A DNA stretch of 64,000 nucleotides from Octopus sinensis (lineage: Eukaryota). A program made the position numbers and the translations under genes. Under the pieces are notes generated by a model that ran no database searches, was not told the DNA's origin, and saw nothing but the letters and a program-made list of their open reading frames with translations. Numbering within the stretch: the first letter of the stretch is position 1; every line of letters starts with the position of its first letter. This document shows, in pieces, positions 38,416 through 52,400 of this stretch. The stretch spans positions 149,606,001 through 149,670,000 of the forward strand of contig NC_043000.1 in NCBI RefSeq assembly GCF_006345805.1, read 5' to 3'.

Positions 38416-40540
38416 CACAGCGTAACAATTTTCAAAAAACAATTAATTTTTGTATTTTTTTATTGTTTATCAATCCATTTTTTCTGCTGATTCCAAAAAT
38501 GAATTTATTTTTTGTGTATCTTCAGCAGTTAAGAAAATATGTCGACTTTCACTATTATTATGTATTCGGTATTGTTATAATGTTCCGCTACTAAATGTTT
38601 GTCTAATTTTCTCTTTCAGACCAATTACTAAGTTCTGCTACTTTCAGGATGGCTACTAGAGTATCTTCCAGATACATTTTGCTATGTATGTGGTTATTAT
38701 ATTGGGAAAAAAGCAGGTATTACATAAGACCGTGAAGATGCCAAATTGTGGATAGCGTACAGACTATTTCAGAATGCCCATGGGTGACTAGGACAAACCA
38801 TGGGCCCCACATGTGATATATGGAAACTGTCGATCTACTCTAGAAGGATGGTTAAGATGTACAGGAAGGTCAATGCCTTTTGCCATTCCAAGAGTATGGA
38901 GAGAGCCAAACAACCATCACGATGACTGTTACTTTTGAATGGTCGATGTGACAAAGTACAGAAAAGTGAAAAGAAGACAAGCTCTTCAGTATCCAGACAT
39001 ACCATCATCTAGAGCACCTGTCCCACATGATGACTGTTTATGAGTATCACTACCACCAGAAAATATTTCATCTGAAGAGTCAACAAGTAGCAGCAACCAA
39101 GAAATGGAGGAAGCTTTCGTACCATGAACGACTTCGGAGCCTCACTTTCCAAATCAGAGTGAGCTAGATGATTTAATCAGGGATCTAGGTCTTACTAAAT
39201 CAGGAGCTGAACTTCTTCCATCAAGGTTGAAGGAATGGAATCTACTGGGGGAAGACTGAAAGACATCTCTGTACTGGAAACGCCATGAAGAATTTGAAAT
39301 TTACTATGAAAATATTAATGATCTGTGTTATTGTAAAGATGCGATTTTTTGTTTACTGCTATTGGACTCAAGCATGATTCTGCAGAATGGCAACTGTTCA
39401 TTGATAGCTCAACACGAAGTCTCAAAGTAGTGTTGCTCCATAATGGAAATAAATATCCTTCTTTGCCTCTTGCACACTCCAATGTCAAAGAACTTCTCGA
39501 CAAAATAAATTGCGCTGAGTTCAAGTGGGATGTTTGTGGTGATTTCAAGATGCTTGCCTTCTTGCTTGGCTTGCAAGTGAGATACACAAAGTATTCATGT
39601 TTCCTTTGCTTATGGAACAGCAGAGCTGAGGATCATCATTACAAGAGAGTACATTGGCCCCCACGAGTGGAACTGCAGCCAGGAATGTTAAATGTTCTCA
39701 AACAGCCACAAGTAGATTCCAATAAAATCTTATTAACCCCACTTCATAACAAACTCGAATTAGTAAAACAGTTTGTGAAGGCCTTAGATTTTTGCGGAGA
39801 AGCTATCTGAGGCTAAGATCAAGGGTGGCATATTTGTTGGGCCTCAAGTAAATGCAATGTTAATGTCGAAGAAACTGGAAAGAGCGATGACAAAAGTTGA
39901 AAAAGAAGCTTGGTGTGCATTTCGTGATGTAGTTTGTGGATTTCTAGGAAATTACAAACAGCTGGTAGCAAAGCTTCAAGAAAATGGGTTGTCGTATGTC
40001 TTTAAATGTTCATTTTTTGCACTCTCACCTAGATTTTTCCCCGAAAACTTGGGTGAAATCAGTAAGGAGCTTGGTGAAAGATTTCATCAGGACATCGCAA
40101 CTATGGAGAGAAGATACCAATGACGATGGGATACTGCTATGATGGGAGATTATATATGGTCTCTAGTCAGAAGAGATTAAGGTATACACTCCAGAAAATC
40201 TCGATCGTCAAAGCACTTCTCATCTTAAGAAAAGAGTTATCAAGGCATTTACAGTGCAGAGTTTTATTGTTTCTTTTTGTTATGACTAATATTATACTTC
40301 CTAAATACCTTTCAATATATGAAAATGTACTAAGTGTTGTGTAATTATCCTTACAATTCTAGAATAGATTGCACCAACAAAGTGCTGTAGAGAAAAGTTA
40401 CAAATATAACGAGCAAATATGAAATTAGGAATAAATAAATAACTATCAAAATGAATGTGATTTATGAATTTAGTAGCAAAAAAATGTATATAGTATGAAC
40501 ATTAAAAAATACAAATAAACAAAACATGAGTTACATTGTG
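38416..40540 (+). mobile_element. Full-length decayed Chapaev3-type (CMC) DNA transposon
   Basis: TIRs CACAGCGTAAC / GTTACATTGTG, TTA duplicated on both sides. Transposase remnants FCYVCG, DKPWAPHVICGNC, VWREPNNHHDDCYF, WQLFIDSSTRSLKVVLLHNGN, HSHLDFFPENLG, GERFHQDI with stops and frameshifts. Confidence 0.8.
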
Positions 40541-40994
40541 TTATGAAAGTGATGATAGGTATGACTTACGAATAGAAACAGCCGTGTAAAGTGAGAATAT
40601 ATTGACACCTTTGTGATTGTGTTGATCTATGTTGAAATGCCTTCCAGCAAGACTATTTCGTACTTTTAGACAGTTAATATAGCATTATAGTCACCCACGA
40701 ATGTTTCCGCGCTTACGACGTTAGGATGTGATTTGAGAGAAATCTGTTTCCCATTTATTATTATTTTTTTTACAGGTTGGTCGTGATATTTACTGCTTCT
40801 ACCGTGACAGTTTTTAATGTGCTGGTTGGTCGTTATGTTTATGTAATTTTGCTGTTATTGTTGCTGCAACAATTAGTTTCTATCGTCACAGCTTATAATG
40901 ATGATAACAGTTGTAGTTCTGGTTGTGGACCATAAATAGCTACGTTCAAGACTTGACCTTGTATGGGTCATTGCAGAAGTGATGGTAGAAATGT

Positions 40995-41387
40995 GGAGGC
41001 GCAATGGCCCAGTGGTTAGGGCAGCGGACTCGCGGTCGTAGGATCGCGGTTTCGATTCCCAGACCGGGCGTTGTGAGTGTTTATTGAGCGAAAATACCTA
41101 AAGCTCCACGAGGCTCCGGCAGGGGATGGTGGTGATCCCTGCTGTACTCTTTCACCACAACTTTCTCTCACTCTTACTTCCTGTTTCTGTTGTACCTGTA
41201 TTTCAAAGGGCCGGCCTTGTCACTCTCTGTGTCACGCTGAATATCCCCGAGAACTACATTAAGGATGCACGTGTCTGTGGAGTGCTCAGCCACTTACACG
41301 TTAACTTCACGAGCAGGCTGTTCCGTTGATTCGGATCAACCGGAACCCTCATCGTCGTAACCGACGGAGTGCTTCCATCAAAAGGGA

Positions 41388-41441
<54 letters not shown>
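40995..41441 (+). mobile_element. SINE family C plus (GA)n enclosed by a 12-bp TSD
   Basis: gatggtagaaat at 40981-40992 and 41442-41453. Confidence 0.9.
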
Positions 41442-41446
<5 letters not shown>

Positions 41447-41604
41447 TAGAAATCTAAACAGTAACGATGAATGGCCAGATTACGGAAGACTTGTTTTTTC
41501 TCCATCCTCACACTATGGAAGCCGAAAGTGGATTCGTGTTTATTTTTGTTATTTAGATATTTTTCGTATTCTATTTCCTTTATCACTAGGGCCAATCCAT
41601 TACA

Positions 41605-41839
41605 TACTCTTTACTCTTTACTCTTTTACTTGTTTCGGTCATTTGACTGCGGCCATGCTGGAGCACCGCCTTTAGTCGGACAAATCGACCCCGGGACTTA
41701 TTCTTTTGTAAGCCCAGTACTTATCCTATCGGTCTCTTTTGCCGAACCGCTAAGTGACGGTGACGTAAACACACCAGTATCGGTTGTCAAGCAATGCTAG
41801 GGGGACAAACACAGACGCACAAACATACACACACACACA

Positions 41840-41906
<67 letters not shown>

Positions 41907-42054
41907 TACGACAGGCTTCTTTCAGTTTCCGTCTACCAAATCCACTCACAAGGCTTTGGTCGGCCCGAGGCTATAGAAGAAGACACTTGCCCAAGATGCC
42001 ACGCAGTGGGACTGAACCCGGAACCATGTGGTTCCACACAGCCACTCCTGCGCC
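41605..42054 (-). mobile_element. SINE family A
   Basis: Reverse complement of the 44082 copy. Confidence 0.9.
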
Positions 42055-42179
42055 TAAATTATTTTAAATACTGAATTATTTTACTACAATTATGTATATT
42101 TTACTTAGATATGTATTTTTATCGCTTTAAAAGAATTATTTTTTCAGATAATTTACGATAAATTGGGCTGATTACAATA

Positions 42180-42590
42180 TAATGTGTTTGTGTTTTGTCT
42201 CATTAACTAAATTGTTATTGTTAATTATTATATCAGAAATGGTGTTAATTTATTGTTATATTTCGGGACGGTCATTTTTCTTATCAAATAAACACACGCA
42301 CTATATATTCGTCGTTCATTCGTTTATTATTGTTCTTATTTTGTCTTATGTCCATTACCTCGAAATCTTTCGTCGCACATCCGTGACCTCTTCCAATCCA
42401 CGTATATCCTCCTGTTCTGTTTAGTCCATGGAGCCAAACCCCGTAACAAAACATACTGATGAAATATAATACCGAGAAAAGTTTGCATTCCCCCCACACA
42501 CACACAAAAAAAAGAAGCAAGAACACACGATGCAGCACACACCTCTGCAACACGGAGGTGTTGCAAGAGATGAAACTCATTTGTCGAATA
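42180..42590 (-). mobile_element. pLTR-like repeat related to 16885-17100, degenerate hammerhead
   Basis: TGGAAGA G GTCAC..GCGAC GAAA GATT TC on - strand (~42360-42396). Confidence 0.55.
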
Positions 42591-42611
42591 ATAATAATAA
42601 TAATAATAATG

Positions 42612-42657
<46 letters not shown>

Positions 42658-42661
42658 TAAT

Positions 42662-42697
<36 letters not shown>

Positions 42698-42710
42698 AAT
42701 AATAATGATG

Positions 42711-42752
<42 letters not shown>

Positions 42753-43247
42753 TAATAATAATAATAATAAATGCCCTGATGCAGTACCAGGCAGTGGCCC
42801 TCATGGCTTCTGATCTTAACTAATTGGAAATGTTATCACGTACATTGTTTTGTCTTGGTATAAAAGATGGGCTACAGCAAATATTCTGCTCAGTACCACA
42901 GATTTGCGTGTCAGTTGCTTGACTTTAACCAGTTGAGCATGTCCCTTAGTGGCTAACGATATGTGCATCTCTGATCACGAGTAGAAGTAGTGGGAGAGCA
43001 TGATAGTCATGTGTTGAGAGGGATTCTTTGGGTAGTTTGGATAATTTACCTTTGGAAACATAAGTGTTTCCTTCAGCATCTTTAAACAATTCTTATTCAG
43101 GGACATTTTGAGCGGGATGGATTACTCAACCTGAAGCAAGTTCTAACTGGGCCCCACCTATAAGGTCATGCGCTGTCTATTTTGATATGACATTACTATG
43201 TCGCGCACATGTGGCTGTGATGTATTAGCCAGGTATACCCTTATCAA

Positions 43248-43480
43248 GGCGGCGAGCTGGCAGAATCGTTAGCACGCCGGGCGAAATGCGTAGCCGTATT
43301 TCGTCTGCCGTTACGTTCTGGGTTCAAATTCCGCCGAGGTCGACTTTGTCTTTCATCCTTTCGGGGTCGATTAAATAAGTACCAGTTACGCACTGGGGTC
43401 GATGTAATCGGCTTAATACCTATGTCTGTCCTTGTTTGTCCCTTCTGTGTTTAGCCCCTTGTGGGTAGTAAAGAAATAGT
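43248..43480 (+). mobile_element. SINE family B with a 13-bp TSD, nested in an older repeat (42770-43550)
   Basis: TATACCCTTATCA at 43234-43246 and 43481-43493. Confidence 0.9.
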
Positions 43481-43554
43481 TATACCCTTATCAGACGGGT
43501 AATCATGATGGGTATGTTGGACTTCGTATCACTTTGATGGCATACTCTTTCACT

Positions 43555-43585
<31 letters not shown>

Positions 43586-43587
43586 AC

Positions 43588-43658
<71 letters not shown>

Positions 43659-44081
43659 TAATAATAATAATAATAACAACAACAACAACAATAGCAACAA
43701 CACGTAAGAGCGATAAAACACGGCTCCGAAATTTATCCAAAAACATCGAGAATAAAGACAACAAATGGAGCCTAAAATAACAGACAAAATGTTGGACTAT
43801 ACCCGAGTAAGTAATATTCATTAAAATTTATTTCTTTTTTCCGAATGAAACGACGTATTCTAACTGTGTGTCACCTCAGTTACTCGCACAACACGTGTAA
43901 ATACGCTCGCCACACTGACAAAGCGCTGGACTACACCTGAGTATGTAATACTCAGAGTAAGTACATATTGTACTATATCCGATTAAGTATTCGTCACAAA
44001 CACATAAGTACGTAAACTAATTAATTACATATACACTCCAGTTTTACACGAACACATTTATAAAAAAAAACATTATTTATA

Positions 44082-44244
44082 GGCGCAGGAGTGGCTGTGT
44101 GGTAAGTAGCTTGTTTACCAACCACATGGTTCCGGGTTCAGTCCCACTGCGTGGCACCTTGGGCAAGTGTCTCCTACTGTAGCCTCGGGCCGACCAAAGC
44201 CTTGTGAGTGGATTTGGTAGACGGAAACTGAAAGAAGCCCGTCG

Positions 44245-44316
<72 letters not shown>

Positions 44317-44535
44317 TGTGTGTTTGTGTGTCTGTGTTTGTCCCCCTAGCATTGCTTGACAACCGATGCTGGTGTGTTTATGTACCCGTTACTTAGCGGT
44401 TCGGCAAAAGAGACCGATAGGATAAGTACTGGGCTTACGAAAGAATAAGTCCCGGGGTCGAGTTGCTCGATTAAAGGCGGTGCTCCAGCATGGCCGCAGT
44501 CAAATGACTGAAACAAGTACAAGAGTACAAGAGTA
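44082..44535 (+). mobile_element. SINE family A, full length
   Basis: Head ggcgcaggagtggctgtgtggtaag...ggttcagtccc, CORE-like gcaccttgggcaagtg, internal (TA)n, tail (aagagt)n. Confidence 0.92.
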
Positions 44536-44635
44536 AATGTATAAACAAGCGCGCAAACACACACACACACACATAAGCGAATCGAATATAAACAAACGAC
44601 AAAGACTAGTCATTATTGGTCACAAAAGTATAAAC

Positions 44636-44679
<44 letters not shown>

Positions 44680-44978
44680 ATATATATATATCAAAACGAT
44701 GAATAGCCTACGCGTAAACCAATTGGTTCGTTTTGTTCTCTTACTTTATTATTATTATCATCTTATAATCATCTCATAATAATGACATTTATAACTTGTA
44801 TTACTACCTCAGTCAATCTAAATGTATATATTTGTCACTACCTGTCATAAATAGCCTTTTTCTATCTGCAATATGCATTTTCGTTGATTTTTCATATTTT
44901 ACCCTTACATTTCCACGTGTATTTTATATTTTCTTTTCGTCACATATTTCTACTATATATATATATTTAACAAAGGCG

Positions 44979-45056
44979 TCTCGCTGATGAAACCGGCCTT
45001 AGCAAACATATTCTGTCTGTTTTGCTAGAAAGAGGTAGAAACTGATCAGTCCGGGA
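44979..45056 (+). ncRNA. Minimal hammerhead motif in a solo pLTR (44580-45250)
   Basis: TCTCG CTGATGA A ACC..TAGCAAAC/GTTTTGCTA..GGT A GAAA CTGATCAG TC CGGGA; GUC site, A.A at the base of stem II. Confidence 0.65.
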
Positions 45057-45265
45057 TGTATCGTTAATGGTAAATGTTTTTGATTTTCACTCTCGATGAA
45101 TTTATCCCTTTTTTGTGTCCCTAGCACTTGGCATCCTTATTTAGGAGCCCTTAATTATATTTCTATATGAATAATATTTTTCTATATGAATAATATTTTG
45201 TCTAATGACTAATTCGTCTTTTGTGCTGGGCCACTGGTAGTAATCTATGTTATTACCCTTTTTTG

Positions 45266-45317
<52 letters not shown>

Positions 45318-45499
45318 CACGACATTAAACAATATATACCCACACAGAAAAAAGGGGTGGATATTAGCTTTTTGCTTGTTTCTTTGTTTCGTTTGACTAC
45401 ATTTATTTGTTTATAATTATAGAAGCGGTGGTCTATCAAATTGTCTATGCTAACGGATAAGACCCGGAGCCTAGTACTAACACGAAAGTGTTAATGACA

Positions 45500-47624
45500 A
45501 TTAGCCAAAACTCATGTCAGATCAGAGGAAATATTAACAATGGCAAATAGTAAAAGATGAAAATCATAATATCAGTGACGATAATAATAATAATAATGAA
45601 AGGAAGCGGTTGGAATCTCCCCATGTCCTGATCGATAATACATTTAGTGATGGTGTCACTATAAAAACACTGGTAATTGCGCAACCTGATAATTGCTACC
45701 TCATATGAGTGACAATGAAAAAACAAAATATTGTGAATAACGGTGGTAATGAAGCTGAAGCCCTTGATGGTGACAATGTTGCACCCGGCAGGCTCAGAAA
45801 TACTGGCCCGGTTCCAGTCTGTCGTTATCCAGTAATGGACCAGCACACACAGCGTAGATGGAACAAACAAGTAAATGATGTGGTCATGGAGTGTTACTAC
45901 CTTGAGCAACCCTGTAGACGAAAATGGTGCTCAAATTTGGGGATACCGACAACGTATGTATGATCAATGGAGAGAAAGAAGAGTGTTTCAACTCACGGAA
46001 CAGAGATAATGTGATCAAGCAAGAGCAATATGAAAAGATCGTTGGTTCACAGAAGTAGAGTTCGAAGCTATCAAAAAACTGGTATTGGAAAATAGCAGCA
46101 GAAGAAATGATGAAAATATAGTTCTTACTGATAAAAGTAATGTCATAGCAGAAAACAGAGGTGAGATCTCTAATAAACCACAGGAAAGGAACAGTGTCAG
46201 CTTGCTCGATGAGAGACGTATAGATGGTCTGGAAGAAGACAATAAAACTAATGGTGACATGACAGATGGGCAAAAGGCAATCTACAACAGAAAAAAGACA
46301 AGGCTACAGGAGAACGATAGTGACATTATTTGTAACCTTAAAAGGGTTAATCGATGGAAATTGAACCAAGAAACGAAAAATGTGAATGAAATACTGAAAT
46401 GCATCAGAACAAAAACATCACAGAAGCAAATAATTTGATTAAAGCAGCAAGTATTGTTGTAGTATAAAATGTGCGCGTTGATGTCAAGAAAAAGAAATAT
46501 GATCTATCTATCTAGGTCGTATCTCAGGATACCCCAATATAATATAATAGGAGTGACAAAAGAAAAGATCCATGGTGGAAAAGACCAATACAGGCAGGGT
46601 TAGATATGCTCTTGAAGGAAATTTCTGAGTTAGACCGAAAAGAGAAGGGGAGCTTAAAAGCGAACAAAAATACAGGGCACTGAACAGAAAGTGTGATATT
46701 GAAAGAAAGGGCCTGAAAGCAGTAGCGGAGGAAATGAAACAGCGCATCATTGCTAAGAAAGTAAAGATTGTAAGATACGACCAAAGAATGAAGGGTTACC
46801 ACAGGAATAGTGTTAATGGAGGAAATGAAACAGATAACGGAGGAACTGAAACAACATCTTGTTGCAAAGAGAGCAAAGATAGTAAGAGATGACCAAAGAA
46901 TGAAGGGATACCAGCAGAATAGGTTATTCAGAGTAGATCAGAAGAGATTCTAGAAAGAAAGAAATGGAGAGTGTACAGATGAAAAGTTGATACCAGATAA
47001 CATTGAAAGTCAAAGGTTTTGCAGTGACATCTGAAGCAAAGACAAGGAGCACAAGAAGGATGCTAAATGGTTGCAAGAAATAAACAGTAGTCTGTTCACA
47101 ACAGGCAGAACTAGTCATTTCAGTAAAAAAAGTGAAGGAAATCGGCAGAAAATGAGCAACTGGAAAGTCACAGGACCAGATGGAGTTCAAAGCTACTGGA
47201 TCAAAAGATTTCGTGAATGTCATTCACGAATAGCTTAACAACTTGTTAAATGCCGACCAAGTAACACCAGATTGGCTGACAATGGGTAGGTCAATACTGT
47301 GCTTGAAAAACATCGAAAAAGGCAATACGGTAGACAATTACAGGCTGATATCCTGCTTGCCACTTACGTGGAAATTATTAACTGAAATAGTCGCAGTCAA
47401 TGTACGAACATCTGGGGAGAAATGGAGTCCTGCCACATAAGCAGAAGGGGTGCAAGCGCAAGTGCAGAGGTACCAAGGATCAACTCCTGGTAGACAAAAC
47501 TGTACTTAGAAATTGCAAGAGGAGGAAAACAAACTTAGCCATAGCATGGATCGATTATCGTAAAGCATACGATATGATCCCACATTCTTCGATTATGGAA
47601 TGTATGAACCTATAATGATTAATA

Positions 47625-47662
<38 letters not shown>

Positions 47663-47663
47663 T

Positions 47664-47699
<36 letters not shown>

Positions 47700-47748
47700 T
47701 AAATAATAATAATAATATATAATAATAATAATAATAATAATATTAATA

Positions 47749-47783
<35 letters not shown>

Positions 47784-48000
47784 TAATAATAATAATAATA
47801 ATAATAATAACTAGCAACATGGCTGAAAAAGATTGCACTCACTACCAACATGGTTGAAAAAGATCGGTGCAAATGTGAAGGTAGAACACCTACGAAAATC
47901 AGCATTGCTTGGAACTGCAAGAATTCTTCGCAGTGTTCTTGGAGCATGACCAGTAAACAAGTGCCACCTTAGTCTACTGGCTGTGGACAGCTGATACTTT
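45500..48000 (+). mobile_element. Decayed R4/Dong-type LINE interrupted by (TAA)n
   Basis: RRWNKQVN...NWKSQGPDGV...NYRLISCLP...EQKGC-like...[13 protein letters not shown] to 47612; after (TAA)n the C-terminus KSALLGTARILRSVL. Confidence 0.85.
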
Positions 48001-48277
48001 CCATCATACCCAGCAAAATAAGCTGTGTCTTCATATGATATTGATAATAATAGTCATTTTGGTAATATCAATCTTTGAATATTACAAAAATGAAGACGAT
48101 TGGGGAGATTATTTTGAACTTGTGGAAGACATACGAAGTGTTGAAATATTGTTAATTCGATAACAGCCGCACTCTTACTGTTTCTTTACCTTCTGGGGGA
48201 GTAACATCAATCCTTAAATAATAATTATAATAACACAACAACAACAACAACAACAACAACAACAGCAGCAGCAGCAG

Positions 48278-48354
<77 letters not shown>

Positions 48355-48675
48355 TGTGTCTCTAAAAGAAATGGAGAAACTCTCAAAATACAAAGACCTG
48401 GAAATAGAGGTAAACAGAATGTGGAATCTAAAAACAGAAACAATTCCTATCATAGTAGGTGCATTAGGCATGATAAAAAAATATTCAGACAAATACATAA
48501 CAAAAACACCAGGACTTACAAACACATATAACAATACAGAAAATTGCACTACTAGGCACTGCACACATCCTACGCAGAACACTTTCAATACAGTAACCAT
48601 CAGAGCATCAACAAATCACAAGCACACACCCAAGGCGCACAGAGCTGCGCTCGGTAGTGGGTGAAAGCACGCTAT
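48355..48675 (+). mobile_element. 3' end of a second R4/Dong family flanked by (TAA)n
   Basis: KEMEKLSKYKDLEIEVNRMW...IPIIVGALG...LGTAHILR. Confidence 0.9.
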
Positions 48676-48730
48676 AAAAAAAAATAATGAATAAAATAAT
48701 AATAATAATAATAATAATATAATAATAATA

Positions 48731-48793
<63 letters not shown>

Positions 48794-49449
48794 CAACAAC
48801 AACAACAACAATAATAATGATGATGATAATGATGATAAACTGTGAAATGTTTATAAACTTCGATATCTTAGCTATGGTAGTCACAACTTGCCGACGCTAC
48901 TCCCAAAAAACCCCTTCCACCTACCTTTAATTAACTGCCAGCCATATCAACTGGGGATCAAATCAAACAGTTTGTATTAGTAGGCACAAGCCTGCTCCTT
49001 TATTTAACGCCGCAGCATCAGCAGCAGCTAAACCAACAGTCGTAAATCAGCCATCATTTGTTGTCTTAAGATATCAGGACCTTATAGTAATTGTAGTGTG
49101 ATGGATGAAGAGGACAACAGAAAAAGAAGCAACGGGAGAAAGAAATACAAAAGGTCTTACCTCGGCGAAAGCAGCAGTCTCTCACGAATTCGATACGTCC
49201 TGTCGCTTTGCCGTCTATGCTGGAACTGGCCCGCTTCGTCGATGACCATACGTGCGTCCTGCTTGACCGCTTTCGCTTCCTGCCACGCATGCACCCTGCA
49301 GTCTTCCGCCGGCCCCTGCAAGCCCTACTTCCGCCCACCTCATCTGTCATCCTCTCCACCAGCACCACATAGCTCATCACGTCCCATAACACCGACTGCC
49401 AACACCACAGTAAGAATATAATTATAGTAATAATTGTGAAACTATAGTA

Positions 49450-52400
49450 GCGAACTAGGAAATAATAAGATAGGGATTATAGCAGTAATAGTGAAATTGT
49501 AATAGAGAACAAGAATTACCCAGAATGATTAACAAGTGGCGTTGTGAAACCGTGTAGTCGTCGGCGACTAAGCCAGCAACCCCACTAAGCTTGCTTGGTG
49601 AGTGGGGTGGATTTTCGACACCCTGCTGGATTGAAAACAAAACCCAGCAAAGGGCAGAGGAACGTAAAACGTCAATGGCCATACCGAAAACGGGTAGACA
49701 GAACTCGTGAGCCTTGGTTGGCAGTCTGTCTAGGAGAAGAAACACTCTGATTTAAAAACTAGGGTAGACAGAACTCCTTAGTCACAGTGGTGACAACCTA
49801 TCAGTGTCCAATAGCTCCATGCCTGGGATGAAGGCGAATGACCCGCGAATCGGTACTTAACTCCGGAGAAATATTTGGATGGAGATACGAGACCAATCTT
49901 CTAGTGAGAATCAGGATCATGGTCCCCAACACACACAAATGCGAAGGGAACAGGCCCAATTTATGGGTAGTAAGTGCTCTGCAGTCTTAGTTGACTTCGC
50001 CAAAACAACAGAAGTGTGAGAAAAGGCGAGTATCTGGCGCCTTCAAATAACCAGTGCTACGAGTAGGCTGTACTCGTTAACCTTGGGTTGCAAGCAGCCT
50101 AAGAAATGAACACTCTGATTTGAAATCCAGGGAAGCAAGAAGCCTACCACCTTGGCGACCTACCTTGATAGAAATGGTGTCTCGATAAAAATACCGATTG
50201 GTAGTAACCTAAATACGCACCTCATTTGTGAGTGAAAATGTCAAACAAAATAAATGACAATAACAGTGTGAACGGGACTGGAATCAATGTTGAAGGTACC
50301 GCACTCGGCAGGTTCCCTACTGTGCAGCAGGGTGGGTCCGGTCGTAATCCAGCAACTGCTAGCCATGCTACAAGACATAGGTGGAGTAAACAAGTAGATA
50401 TGATGGTTGTGGAGTATTACTACCGGAGCATCCCAGTGGATGCGAATGACGTACTTGTCAGAGGGTACAGAAGACGAATGCACAGTGAATGGAAGGTAAT
50501 GGAACTGTTCGAAATTGCTGAACAGAAATTATGTGACCAAGGGAGAGCCATACGAAAGAATGGATGGTTAAAAGAATTGGAGCTGGAATCTATTAAAAGA
50601 AGGATATCGGGTGAGGTTGGGCATGGGAGAAATGAAAGTAGTATAGTGGAAGAGATGGACAATTGTTCGCAAGAATATAATACCGTGAATTGTGAAAGAA
50701 CTGAGATCAGTGACTACTCAAATAATGAAGATCGATTAACAATAGAATTTTGGATCTATTGAATACGGAAGGGACAGAATTTGTGTGCGACTTTAAGAAG
50801 GCTAACCAATGGAGACTAAACCAAGAGACAAATAAAGTGAATATTGTACTAAGACACATTGAAACAAAGAACACCACACAAGTAAATAATCTTATCAAGG
50901 CTGCTAGTGGGATTGTGGCGGAAAGGATAGAACTGAGAACTACTGAGAACAGAACAGCGGTGGATAGAAGAGGAAATAAACAACCGTGGTGGAAAAAGAG
51001 AATTTTTGAAGATATAAACTCCTTGAACAGTGTAGTATCAATACTTGTTAGGAAAAGAAGTGGAGAACTTAAGAATGAATGGAAATTCGAAAAAGTTAGG
51101 AAGAAGTATGGTGTAGATACAAAAGGCCTGAATGTTGTGATTGAAGAACTGAAGCAGTGCATACTTGTGAAAAAAAGCAAAGCTAACTTGGTTTGAACAA
51201 CAGATTAAGCAATACCGGCAAAACAAATCGTTTAGAACCGACCAAAAAGATTTTATCAAGAGATTAATGAGCAAGAACAACATAATGCCTGAAGCAAACA
51301 GCTGCTTATCTCCAGCAGGAAGCAACTCATTTTACAAAAGACAGTATCAGAAATATCAGTAAAAAGATAAGCGATTGGAAAGCAGCAGGACCTGATGGTG
51401 TATAAACAAGTTCAGTAGTTGCCATAAATCGATCGCAGAACAATTTAATGCAATGATCAATGAAGATGAAATCCCGAGCTAGTTGACAAAAGGACGAACG
51501 GTGTTGTGCCTGAAGGATGTATCAAAGGGAAACGTTGCGGACAGTTCCAGGCCAATTTCCTGACTCCCGCAAATGTGGAAGTTACTGTCAGGAGGAATTG
51601 CAGAAGAATTGTATAAATTTCTTGATGAGAACAAAATGGTTGTAGAAGGAGATGCAGAGGTACAAAAGATCAACTATTGATAGACAAAATACCAATGCAA
51701 GATTGTAAACGAAGGAGAACAAATCTGGGAACGGTCTGGATTGACTATCGCAAAGCTTATATGATTCCACATTCGTGGACCATCGAGTGCTTAGATCTGT
51801 CTGGAATTGCGATGAATGTAACGTGGTTCCTGAAGTGAAGTATGGTAGGGTGTAAAACTGAACAGACATCTTGCGGGAAAAGCTTGGGCACCTTGGGGAT
51901 CAGAAGAGGGATTTTCCAGGGTGACAGCCTATCTCCGTTGCTTTTTGTTCTCTGTTGATACCCCTGACCTTGGTACTCAGGAAAATGATCTTAGGGTACC
52001 AACTAAAGAAAAATCCCAAACAATCAACCACCTCCTCTTTCTGGATGATTTGGAACTGTATGCCAAAGATGAGACTCAAGTGAGAGAACTTGGTGAACGC
52101 GGTCCACTGTTTTAGTACCGATGTTAGAATGGAATTTGGACTCAAGAAGTGCGGAGTAATCTGCCTAAAGAGAGACAAGGTACAGTCCATAGCAGGGATG
52201 GAATTACCGAAAAGAGACTTGATTAAACAAATTGAAACAGAAGAACAAAAATACCTTGATGAACTCGAGTGCAATGAGATAATGGAAAAGGAAATGAAAG
52301 AGCAAGTATGGAGTATTCCCGAAGACTGAGGTTGGTGCTGCGTTCAAAATTGACTGGATGGAATAAAATCCAAGCAGTTAATACGTGGGCGATAACATCA

